Shown: positions 25,436 through 33,480 of the stretch, one piece after another | Position numbering within the stretch: position 1 is the first letter of the stretch | Layout: the number at the start of each line of letters is the position of its first letter | Source of the DNA: an uncultured virus (IMG/VR IMGVR_UViG_3300042340_000066) | Lineage: Duplodnaviria > Heunggongvirae > Uroviricota > Caudoviricetes | Length of the DNA: 64,000 nucleotides | Reading direction: 5' to 3' (one strand) | IMG/VR virus record: IMGVR_UViG_3300042340_000066 | Made by a program: the position numbers and the translations under genes | Notes under the pieces: model-generated | The model's input: the letters and a program-made list of their open reading frames with translations, nothing else | What the model was told of the DNA's origin: nothing | The model's database searches: none

Positions 25436-25873
25436 ATGGCTATTGAAAAGGTGTCACGAGCAGATACGATTACTGTGCGTTTTACTAATGAAGAACGATG
25501 GATGTTAACGTTGTATTCAAGGATAACAAGAACTCCCCTAAGCCGGTGTGTAAGCGACATAGTAGTGGAGCATGTAAAATCAAACAACGCTAAAGAGATA
25601 AGTAGAATTTTAGACGCTTACTCTATCTATGAAGTTTGTAACGTGTTAGCTCTTGGGCGTATCGCGCCCCACTTGCTGACGGTAGAAGAGGAAAAGGGGT
25701 TAGACATACTGCAGGGGTTGGGGGTGTGGGGCGATGAATTTTGGAATACCACATTTCCAGCATTGGACAGTCTGTGGGCTAAGGTCAAGGAAGTTCACTA
25801 TGTAGGCGACATAGCCGCTATAAGAAAAGAAGCGGAAAGGATAAAAGAAATATGGACAGGAACGCTAAAATGA
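25436..25873 (+). CDS. putative ribbon-helix-helix regulator
   Basis: DTITVRFTNEERWML...TPLSRCV. Confidence 0.55.
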   Translation: MAIEKVSRADTITVRFTNEERWMLTLYSRITRTPLSRCVSDIVVEHVKSNNAKEISRILDAYSIYEVCNVLALGRIAPHLLTVEEEKGLDILQGLGVWGDEFWNTTFPALDSLWAKVKEVHYVGDIAAIRKEAERIKEIWTGTLK

Positions 25874-26070
25874 CAGCTGAAATCCTACAGTTCACCCCGG
25901 TAGAAGAGCACACACCCACGGAAGAGGATCACTGTTCATTCTGTGGAGTAGATAAGAGCAATGCACTAAAAGGCAGACTCGTTAAAGGGCCAGAGGCCAT
26001 GCTGTGTATCCGCTGCCTACGGCAGATGAGCGCTATGTTGACGGCAGATGATGGAGGGTTAGTAGCATGA
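25870..26070 (+). CDS. ClpX C4-type zinc-finger protein
   Basis: CSFCG..KS......LVKGPEAMLCIRC. Confidence 0.8.
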   Translation: MTAEILQFTPVEEHTPTEEDHCSFCGVDKSNALKGRLVKGPEAMLCIRCLRQMSAMLTADDGGLVA

Positions 26071-26366
26071 CACCTGAAGCCAAGGTCAAGGCCGAAATTA
26101 AGAAAGTCCTCCACGAACTGGGTGCTTGGTATGCGATGCCGATGGGTACAGGGTACGGGCGCTCAGGGGTACCTGACTTTCTTGTTTGTTTAGGTGGTGT
26201 GTTTATTGCTATCGAAGCTAAGGCAGGTAAGGGCACAACCACCGCACTGCAGGACAGGGAGCTAAAGAGAATAGGTGAGGCAGGAGGCATAGCGTTGGTA
26301 GTCAATGAGGAAGGACTGGATACACTGGCTAGAGACTTGAAAACATTTGTGCGGGAGCGAGGGTGA
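26067..26366 (+). CDS. VRR-NUC nuclease / Holliday junction resolvase
   Basis: TPEAKVK...GVPDF...FIAIEAKAGKG..TALQ. Confidence 0.9.
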   Translation: MTPEAKVKAEIKKVLHELGAWYAMPMGTGYGRSGVPDFLVCLGGVFIAIEAKAGKGTTTALQDRELKRIGEAGGIALVVNEEGLDTLARDLKTFVRERG

Positions 26367-28198
26367 TGGACCTAGCGGTGGTTGACTACGAAACTTTTTA
26401 TGATAAGGACTATTCCCTCTCCAAGTTAAGCACAGCCGCATATATACAAAGCCCTCAGTTTCGGGTGATCGGTGCAGGGATAAAAATCAACGAAGCGCCA
26501 ACCGTGTGGAGGGTAGGCGCGCAGGTAGGGAATGAACTGCATAGAATAGACTGGAATAAGACAGCGCTCCTAGCACATAACAGCGTCTTCGATTGCACCA
26601 TACTGACATGGAAGTATGGGATAAAACCCAAGCTTGTATTAGACACGTTAAGCCTCGCTCGTGCGGTACACGGCACTGAAGTAGGTGGGAGTTTAGCAGC
26701 GCTGGCGAAGCATTATGGGATAGGAGAGAAAGGGACCGAGGTGGTTGCGGCGTTAGGTAAACAGCTAGAAGATTTCACGGAAGAAGAGTTGAAGAGATAT
26801 GGAGAGTATTGCGTCAACGATGTTGAGTTAACCTACGAACTATTCAAAAGACTGGCCCCACATTTCAGCAAGAAAGAAATCCAACTGATTGATATGACGA
26901 TCAGAATGCACAGCGAGCCTTCTCTACAGTTGGATAAGGCTGTGCTAGAAGAGAACCTTGAGGAGATACGCCGCAAGAAAGAACAAGCGTTACAAGACTG
27001 CGGGGTGAACAAGGAAGACCTCATGTCCAATAACAAGTTTGCAGAGGTACTGAGAGGGTTAGGTGTTGAGCCTCCTACTAAGATAAGTCCACGGACAGGT
27101 AAGGAAACTTATGCATTCGCTAAGAAAGACGAGGAACTGTTATCACTTCTTGAGCACGATGACCTGACGGTGCAAACAGTTGTCGCAGCTAGGCTGCAGA
27201 CCAAGGAGACTTTAGAAGAGACTAAGACTATTCGGTTGATTGAGACAGCGGACGTGTATCCGCTACTACCTGTTGGGTTGAAGTATTACGGAGCGGAAGT
27301 TACAGGTCGGTTTTCAGCGGGGGGAGATGGGGGAGCTCTACAGTTACAGAACATAGCAAGAACCTCTCGAATCAAGGAGGCTATCGTTGCGCCTGATGGA
27401 TACGTAGTAGTCGGGTTCGACTTGTCGAACATTGAGGTGCGGGTTAATTTGTACTTGGCAGGGCAGATGGATCAGTTAGATGTCATTCGTTCCGGTACGG
27501 ATATGTATCGTGTGTTCGGCAGCAAAGTGTTCGGTGTTCCGTATAATGAGATTGACAAGCAGCAACGCTTCATCTCGAAAACAGCTGTACTAGGACTCGG
27601 CTTCGGGGCTTCAGCGCCTGTGCTACGTAAAGCTATTAAGTTGGGGTCAGGAGTGGATGTGGGAGAGGAAGAATCCATCCGTATCGTCAGTGCATACAGA
27701 GACCTGCATCCTAATGTGGTAAGTGCATGGCGTATGGGGGCTAATGTTATCGATGCTGTACACGAAGACTCCTACTATGATTATTGCCCCGGTGCCTTGA
27801 GTCTACCTGTACACGGCAAAAAAGGAGTACAACTTCCTAGCGGGATGTTCATCAAGTATCCGGGTCTAGCGCAACATGTGAACGACGAGGGTAGGCTAGA
27901 GTGGTCGTATGAAGGAAGACGGGGTGTAAAGAAGAAGATATATAGCAGCAAAATTCTACAGAACTGCACTCAAAGCGTAGCCCGTTGTGTGATGAGCGAA
28001 GCGATGGTGAGGATAAACAAGAGGTACAGGATCGCGTTGACCGTGCATGACAGTTGTGCTATCGTAGTTCCAGAAAGTGAAGCAGAGACAGCATACTCTT
28101 TTATGCTGGCAGAAATGACAAAATCTCCTGAGTGGGCTCCAGACTTACCGCTGGCTGCTGAGGGAGGGATAGGTAAAAATTTGAAGGAGTGCATGTAA
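26363..28198 (+). CDS. DNA polymerase family A with 3'-5' exonuclease
   Basis: DYET exo I, AHNSVFD exo II, YCVND exo III; motif A FDLSNIEVR, motif B RFISKTAVLGLGFG, motif C VHDS. Confidence 0.92.
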   Translation: MMDLAVVDYETFYDKDYSLSKLSTAAYIQSPQFRVIGAGIKINEAPTVWRVGAQVGNELHRIDWNKTALLAHNSVFDCTILTWKYGIKPKLVLDTLSLARAVHGTEVGGSLAALAKHYGIGEKGTEVVAALGKQLEDFTEEELKRYGEYCVNDVELTYELFKRLAPHFSKKEIQLIDMTIRMHSEPSLQLDKAVLEENLEEIRRKKEQALQDCGVNKEDLMSNNKFAEVLRGLGVEPPTKISPRTGKETYAFAKKDEELLSLLEHDDLTVQTVVAARLQTKETLEETKTIRLIETADVYPLLPVGLKYYGAEVTGRFSAGGDGGALQLQNIARTSRIKEAIVAPDGYVVVGFDLSNIEVRVNLYLAGQMDQLDVIRSGTDMYRVFGSKVFGVPYNEIDKQQRFISKTAVLGLGFGASAPVLRKAIKLGSGVDVGEEESIRIVSAYRDLHPNVVSAWRMGANVIDAVHEDSYYDYCPGALSLPVHGKKGVQLPSGMFIKYPGLAQHVNDEGRLEWSYEGRRGVKKKIYSSKILQNCTQSVARCVMSEAMVRINKRYRIALTVHDSCAIVVPESEAETAYSFMLAEMTKSPEWAPDLPLAAEGGIGKNLKECM

Positions 28199-28416
28199 TG
28201 GTAGAAGAAAAAACGCTACCTACTGTTGGAATATCTATCGGTATTTATGATGACGCTGTTGAAGGACTGACTGTTATGCTCAACCTCAGTGAAAACGGAT
28301 ACAAGACAACATACCTAACGATGACCGCAGCTAGAGCTAGGCTGTATGGAGAAATGCTCATAAGCTGTGCAGATGCTGTCTACGAAGAGAAAGAGAACGG
28401 AGCATTTGCTCAATGA
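28189..28416 (+). CDS. hypothetical protein
   Basis: AGGAG RBS (likely start 28198). Confidence 0.6.
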   Translation: MHVMVEEKTLPTVGISIGIYDDAVEGLTVMLNLSENGYKTTYLTMTAARARLYGEMLISCADAVYEEKENGAFAQ

Positions 28417-29093
28417 GTAAAACCCCCGGTGCATGGAGCTACAGTGGACTCAAGACATACGAGACTTGCCCTAAGAAGTACGAAGCCGAGAAGATCACCA
28501 AGGAAGTTAAGTTTACTGATAGCGAAGCTACACTGTACGGGAAGTCACTGCACCTTGCGGCTGAAGAGTACATAAGAGATGGTAAAGAACTGCCGGGGCA
28601 GTTTGCCTTTATTAAGCCTTATCTGGATAAGCTGGTTGCCATTCCCGGTGAGAAACATTGTGAACTAAAGCTGGGAGTAAAGAAAGATGACGGTCGATTG
28701 GTGGCATGTGATTTCTTCGATAGTAGTGTATGGTTCCGTGGTATTGCTGATTTGGTTATTATTGACGGGGCCAAAGGTTGGATCGTAGATTACAAGACAG
28801 GTAAGAGCGCGAAGTATGCGGATACAAGACAGCTGGCGCTTATGGCTGCTGCGCTCTTTTTGAAATTCCCTGAGCTTGAGAAGATCAAAGCTTCACTGCT
28901 GTTCGTTGTCTCAAAGGAGTTCATACGTGCAGAGTATGAGGCAGAGCGAGGGCTGGATATTTTTGGTGAATTGGCGGACCTGTTGACACAGAGGGAAGTG
29001 TCATATTCGACTGGCATTTTTAATCCAAAGCAGAATCCTCTATGCCGTAAGTGGTGTGAGGTTTTGTCGTGCGCCCATAATGGGAGAAACTAA
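28413..29093 (+). CDS. PD-(D/E)XK (Cas4/RecB-like) exonuclease
   Basis: WSYS.L..YETCP, GKSLH, RGIADL...IVDYKTGK...QL, C..CE...C. Confidence 0.9.
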   Translation: MSKTPGAWSYSGLKTYETCPKKYEAEKITKEVKFTDSEATLYGKSLHLAAEEYIRDGKELPGQFAFIKPYLDKLVAIPGEKHCELKLGVKKDDGRLVACDFFDSSVWFRGIADLVIIDGAKGWIVDYKTGKSAKYADTRQLALMAAALFLKFPELEKIKASLLFVVSKEFIRAEYEAERGLDIFGELADLLTQREVSYSTGIFNPKQNPLCRKWCEVLSCAHNGRN

Positions 29094-29683
29094 TGCCTCA
29101 TAAAGACCCAGAAAGAAAAAAGTTATACATGAAGGAGTACTTTAAAAGACAGAAAGAGTTAGGCAAAGTGCGACCTAAGAGAGATAGAAAAGAGTACAAT
29201 GCTATTTATTATGAGGCGAATAAAGACAAGCTTAAAAAAGATACATTGACTTACTACTACGATAATAAAGAAAAAATCAGTAAGAGTAAGAAAACGTATG
29301 CGGCAAAATACAGAAAAGAAAAAGCTGAAATTATTAGCGCTAAAAGCAAAGAATACGCCCAACGCAATAAAGACAAAATACGCAAATATCAAAAAGCATA
29401 CAGAGAAAAAAATAGAGGTTTGATACGATATTACGTAAGAGCATACCAAACAAAAAAGAAACATTGCTCTCCTGTATGGTTGTCATCTTCGCACAAATGG
29501 ATGATGAAAGAAATATATGCGTTAGCCGTGTTAAGAACAGAGCTTACGGGTGTTGAATGGCATGTAGATCACATAGTGCCATTGAGAGGAGAAATTGTTA
29601 GCGGGCTACATGTGCCTTGGAATTTGCAAGTGCTTCCTTATATTGATAACATAAGAAAAGGCAACAAGTTTACCGCCAACTAA
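29093..29683 (+). CDS. HNH endonuclease with Lys/Tyr-rich N-terminus
   Basis: WHVDHIVPLRG..VSGLHVPWNLQVL...N.RKGNK; A-rich insert. Confidence 0.88.
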   Translation: MPHKDPERKKLYMKEYFKRQKELGKVRPKRDRKEYNAIYYEANKDKLKKDTLTYYYDNKEKISKSKKTYAAKYRKEKAEIISAKSKEYAQRNKDKIRKYQKAYREKNRGLIRYYVRAYQTKKKHCSPVWLSSSHKWMMKEIYALAVLRTELTGVEWHVDHIVPLRGEIVSGLHVPWNLQVLPYIDNIRKGNKFTAN

Positions 29684-29695
29684 AAGAGTACCAGT

Positions 29696-29953
29696 ATGCC
29701 TATCAAACCAGAGAATCGCAACTACCGCCACGAAACCAAATTAGAAAAGGCCAGACCCGGAGCCCACGAAGCTCGGCTAGAAAGGCAGAGAGCCAGAAGA
29801 GAGTTAGACAAAAAGGGCGTAGATCGTACCGGCAAGCATGTGGCACATAAGAAAGCCCTCGCCAACGGCGGTACAAATGCAGACGGATACACACTGCAGT
29901 CGCCTAAGAAGAACATGAGTTTCCCAAGGAAGAGTAACCATAAACCTAAATGA
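29696..29953 (+). CDS. small basic HNH-like protein
   Basis: RARR...GKHVAHKKALANGGTN...N. Confidence 0.65.
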   Translation: MPIKPENRNYRHETKLEKARPGAHEARLERQRARRELDKKGVDRTGKHVAHKKALANGGTNADGYTLQSPKKNMSFPRKSNHKPK

Positions 29954-30171
29954 AAGTTTCCACCCGTGCGGTGAAAGACCTTGCTAAAGAAGCAGGATTT
30001 CACGAAGAGATCATTGAGCGCAACATAGATGAGTTGATAGCTTTCACGTTCCGCATTGCTTCCAGAGAACAGAAGTGGTGTGCTGATAAAGTGAGGGCTT
30101 GGTATTTTGATAGCAGTCTCAATAAGCCCCAGTTGTTTGAATTGTTTGCAGAAGACCACGACATCGTGTAA
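29950..30171 (+). CDS. hypothetical protein
   Basis: ATGA coupling; LAKEAGF. Confidence 0.6.
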   Translation: MKVSTRAVKDLAKEAGFHEEIIERNIDELIAFTFRIASREQKWCADKVRAWYFDSSLNKPQLFELFAEDHDIV

Positions 30172-30232
30172 TCTTTCAGTTCGTTAGTAGGCCCCCTCCG
30201 CAGCCTTGATGCGGTTGATTTAAGAGGAAGAT

Positions 30233-31801
30233 ATGGAAATTGTAGCTAACCGTGCGGTAGTGCTGCGTACCCGCAATCCGTATAAGATCACTGAGGTTCT
30301 GCCTCAGTCGCAGATCGTTAAAGAGCTAGACACGCCGAAAGGTAAGGGTTACGAGGTAGCCGTGAAGTGGACGCTGGGTAACACCAAAATCCTGCACAAC
30401 CTCGGCTTTAAGAAAGTACCTTCGCCTATAGAGTCTAGGTATGAGTGGCCGGGAATCTATAAGCCCTTTGAGCACCAGAAGGCAACGGCTGGATTTCTAT
30501 CCCTCAACAAACGCGCTTACTGCTGGAATGAGCAGGGGCTAGGAAAGACTTGTAGCGTAGCATGGGCGGCTGACTATCTGATGCGGCAAGGGCTCATTCG
30601 GCGGGTGCTGATTGTCTGCCCTCTGTCTATTATGGACTCAGCATGGAGAGCAGACCTTTTCAAAACCGTAATGGGGCGTAGGGTAGACATTGCACATGGT
30701 GTTCGTGATAAGCGAGTCAAGGTCATAGAGTCGGACGCAGAGTTCGTTATCATCAACTATGATGGCGTTGAGTCTGTACGCAAAGAGTTGGCTACAGGTG
30801 GGTTCGACCTTGTGGTACTCGATGAGGCCAACTATGTAAAGACGAGTACAACAAAGCGCTGGAAAGTAATCAATAGCCTAATCACACCTAACACTTGGTT
30901 GTGGATGTTGACGGGCACCCCTGCTGCACAGAGCCCCGTGGATGCGTATGGCCTAGCCAAGATGATGAACCCCAAGAGTGTGCCTAACTTCTTCGGCGCG
31001 TTCAGAGATAAGGTGATGTACAAGATCACTCAGTTCAAGTATGCCCCCAAGCCAGAAGCGCAAGAGATGATCCATGCCATCCTGCAACCTGCCATACGGT
31101 TTACCAAAGAAGAGTGCCTTGACCTGCCCGAGCTACTATATGCAGAGCGCGATATCCCCCTGACTCCACAGCAGGAGAAATACTATAAGCAGCTGAAGCA
31201 GGACATGCTGATCCAAATAGCCGACGCAGATATCTCCGCTGTGAACGCGGCGGTCAACATGAATAAGTTGCTTCAGATTTCTAGCGGAGCGGTCTACAGC
31301 GATACTGGAGAGGTGGTGGAGTTCGACTGCAAGGGCAAACTCAATGAGATGCTAGAGGTGATACAAGAGAGCAGCCACAAGACACTGGTGTTCGTTAACT
31401 TCCGGCATTCGATAGAGATGGTGCAGGAGTTCCTCAACAAGCATGGTATAGCTAACGAGACTATACACGGTGGGGTCAGCGCTAAGAAACGCGCAGAGAT
31501 ATTCGCAGACTTTCAGACCTCAGACAAACCACAAGTGCTGGTCATCCAGCCTCAATCCGCCGCGCATGGAGTCACGCTTACAGCGGCTAATACTATCGTG
31601 TGGTTCGGCCCTGTTACCAGTGCAGAGATATGGCTTCAGGCGAATGCCCGTGTGCATAGGGCGGGACAGCGCAACCCCTGTCTGGTCGTTAAGCTAGTCA
31701 GTTCAGGTGTAGAGCGCAAGCTATACAAGGCGCTGGAGACTCGCACACTGGCGCAGAACACACTGCTGGAAATGTATAGACAAGAGATAACTAACGCTTG
31801 A
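30233..31801 (+). CDS. SNF2-family helicase
   Basis: EQGLGKT, IVCPLS, VVLDEA, LTGTP, HGVTLTAA, QANARVHRAGQ. Confidence 0.93.
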   Translation: MEIVANRAVVLRTRNPYKITEVLPQSQIVKELDTPKGKGYEVAVKWTLGNTKILHNLGFKKVPSPIESRYEWPGIYKPFEHQKATAGFLSLNKRAYCWNEQGLGKTCSVAWAADYLMRQGLIRRVLIVCPLSIMDSAWRADLFKTVMGRRVDIAHGVRDKRVKVIESDAEFVIINYDGVESVRKELATGGFDLVVLDEANYVKTSTTKRWKVINSLITPNTWLWMLTGTPAAQSPVDAYGLAKMMNPKSVPNFFGAFRDKVMYKITQFKYAPKPEAQEMIHAILQPAIRFTKEECLDLPELLYAERDIPLTPQQEKYYKQLKQDMLIQIADADISAVNAAVNMNKLLQISSGAVYSDTGEVVEFDCKGKLNEMLEVIQESSHKTLVFVNFRHSIEMVQEFLNKHGIANETIHGGVSAKKRAEIFADFQTSDKPQVLVIQPQSAAHGVTLTAANTIVWFGPVTSAEIWLQANARVHRAGQRNPCLVVKLVSSGVERKLYKALETRTLAQNTLLEMYRQEITNA

Positions 31802-31826
31802 CACCGCTAGACGGTACTGGCATACT
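31798..31826 (+). promoter_or_regulatory. sigma70-like promoter with leader hairpin
   Basis: TTGACA-N17-CATACT; GCCGCT-GGTG-AGCGGC hairpin; AGGAG RBS. Confidence 0.7.
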
Positions 31827-31869
31827 ACACCTACGCCGCTGGTGAGCGGCTGAACTTAGGAGAATAGAG

Positions 31870-32265
31870 ATGAGCAACGAGATCACGGCTGACCGTTTAG
31901 TGTCCGCGTACATCAAGATAAGAAACGCACGGAGTGTACTGCTCCAGAAGTTTGACGCTGAAGATGCAGAGTTGAAGATGCAGTTGAAGCTGGTAACGGA
32001 CAAGCTGCATGATATTTGCAAGGAGACGGGGGTATCAGGGTTCAAGACCCCACACGGCACGGTAGCCAGAATAGTGAAGACTCGCTATGGCACGAATGAT
32101 TGGGACAGCATGTATGAGTTCATCAAAGAGCATGATGCGTTCCATCTTCTGGAGCAACGGATAGCACAGAAGAATATGCAGACGTTCTTGGATGAACACC
32201 CGGACACCCTACCTATGGGGTTGAACAGTAACAGCGAGTATTCGATTCGCATAACGAAGGGGTAA
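31870..32265 (+). CDS. conserved replication-module protein
   Basis: LVSAYIKIR...KTPHGT...DW..MYEFI..HDAFHLLEQRI. Confidence 0.75.
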   Translation: MSNEITADRLVSAYIKIRNARSVLLQKFDAEDAELKMQLKLVTDKLHDICKETGVSGFKTPHGTVARIVKTRYGTNDWDSMYEFIKEHDAFHLLEQRIAQKNMQTFLDEHPDTLPMGLNSNSEYSIRITKG

Positions 32266-32495
32266 TGATGATTGACGAAGACACTGGTGCATCGTATGAT
32301 GCGCAACCGCCTGACGACGAGATGCTGTCTGTAAAACAGGCAGTGGGACTTCTGGCCGTTTCCAGAATGACCTTATACACATGGAGGAAAATGGGCGTAT
32401 TGAGCGCCTATAAAAACCAACGAGGTAGAGTTTTCTATAAGAAATCCGATCTGCTAAAAACCTACGAGCAACTTAACTCTTTAACGAGGATTTAA
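32265..32495 (+). CDS. MerR/Xis-like HTH DNA-binding protein
   Basis: LSVKQAVGLLAVSRMTLYTWRKMG...GRVFYKKSDL. Confidence 0.85.
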   Translation: MMIDEDTGASYDAQPPDDEMLSVKQAVGLLAVSRMTLYTWRKMGVLSAYKNQRGRVFYKKSDLLKTYEQLNSLTRI

Positions 32496-32497
32496 TC

Positions 32498-33406
32498 ATG
32501 TCAGAACTCACACTTTTCAGAAACGCTAAAGCTGTTATTCCTGCGCATTTGCGTCAGGGCACCGATGAAATGACTCGCCGGCTAGCTGGTGGGGGTAGTG
32601 GCAACAAGCGTATATCTATTCGCGGCAATGTGTTCCGTATGTTCGTAGATGGTAAGGAAGTTGCCAAAAGCGAAGAGCGCTCTATGGATATCGTAATCGT
32701 CAACGCCGCAGAGAATGTTAGCCGCCAGTATTACGAGGGCGTGTATAAGGAAGGAGAAGCCAAAGCTCCCGACTGCTGGTCAGCGGATGGCATCAAGCCA
32801 GACCCCAAGGCGGCAAACGTGCAGTCCACGGCATGTGCAACCTGCCCTATGAATATCAAAGGCTCTGGTCAGGGCGACTCTCGCGCCTGCCGCTATCAGC
32901 AGCGCCTCGCTGTAGTGATGGCTAACAACATCGAAAACAGCGATGTGTATCAGTTGATTCTTCCAGCCCAGTCTATCTTCGGTAAGGGCACAGGCGACAA
33001 AATGCCACTTCAGCAATATGCCAAATTCCTCAATGGTCACGGACTGGGTGTGCGCAGTGTTATCACAGAGATTAGGTTCGATACTAACTCGGCTACACCG
33101 AAGCTGACTTTCCGCGCTGTTGAGCCATTGGATGAAGACCAGTTTGCGATTGTTGTGGAAAAGGCTGAGAGCGAAGATGCTATCAACGCAATCACTATGA
33201 GCGCGGCTCAAATGGATGGGGCCAAACCCGCTGCTCCTAAATTGGCTGCGCCCGCTCCTGCGCCAGCCCCGGTTGTGAAACCCGTTCTTGAAGAAGAGGA
33301 AGATGCACCCGCTCCTGTTGTACGCGAGAAAAAGTCAGCAGTTCCCGCTGCACCCGCCAATGATTTGAATAGTGTGCTTGACGCTTGGGGCGATGACGAC
33401 GAATAA
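32498..33406 (+). CDS. putative ssDNA-binding/annealing protein
   Basis: RISIRG, PDCWSADG, CATCPMNIKGSG..SRACR; acidic C-terminus WGDDDE. Confidence 0.75.
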   Translation: MSELTLFRNAKAVIPAHLRQGTDEMTRRLAGGGSGNKRISIRGNVFRMFVDGKEVAKSEERSMDIVIVNAAENVSRQYYEGVYKEGEAKAPDCWSADGIKPDPKAANVQSTACATCPMNIKGSGQGDSRACRYQQRLAVVMANNIENSDVYQLILPAQSIFGKGTGDKMPLQQYAKFLNGHGLGVRSVITEIRFDTNSATPKLTFRAVEPLDEDQFAIVVEKAESEDAINAITMSAAQMDGAKPAAPKLAAPAPAPAPVVKPVLEEEEDAPAPVVREKKSAVPAAPANDLNSVLDAWGDDDE

Positions 33407-33420
33407 GTAGTCGTCCTTTT

Positions 33421-33450
33421 GAGGGAGGTGCAAAGCCTCCCTCTTCTTTT
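33421..33450 (+). terminator. intrinsic terminator
   Basis: GAGGGAGG-TGCAAAG-CCTCCCTC-TTCTTTT. Confidence 0.8.
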
Positions 33451-33480
33451 CCCCATAGAACTCTAATAAAAGGAAGCGTC

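Noticed and set aside
32265..32495. Excisionase implying a temperate lifestyle
   Set aside because: No integrase, repressor or att site seen; a MerR-like HTH in a replication module suffices
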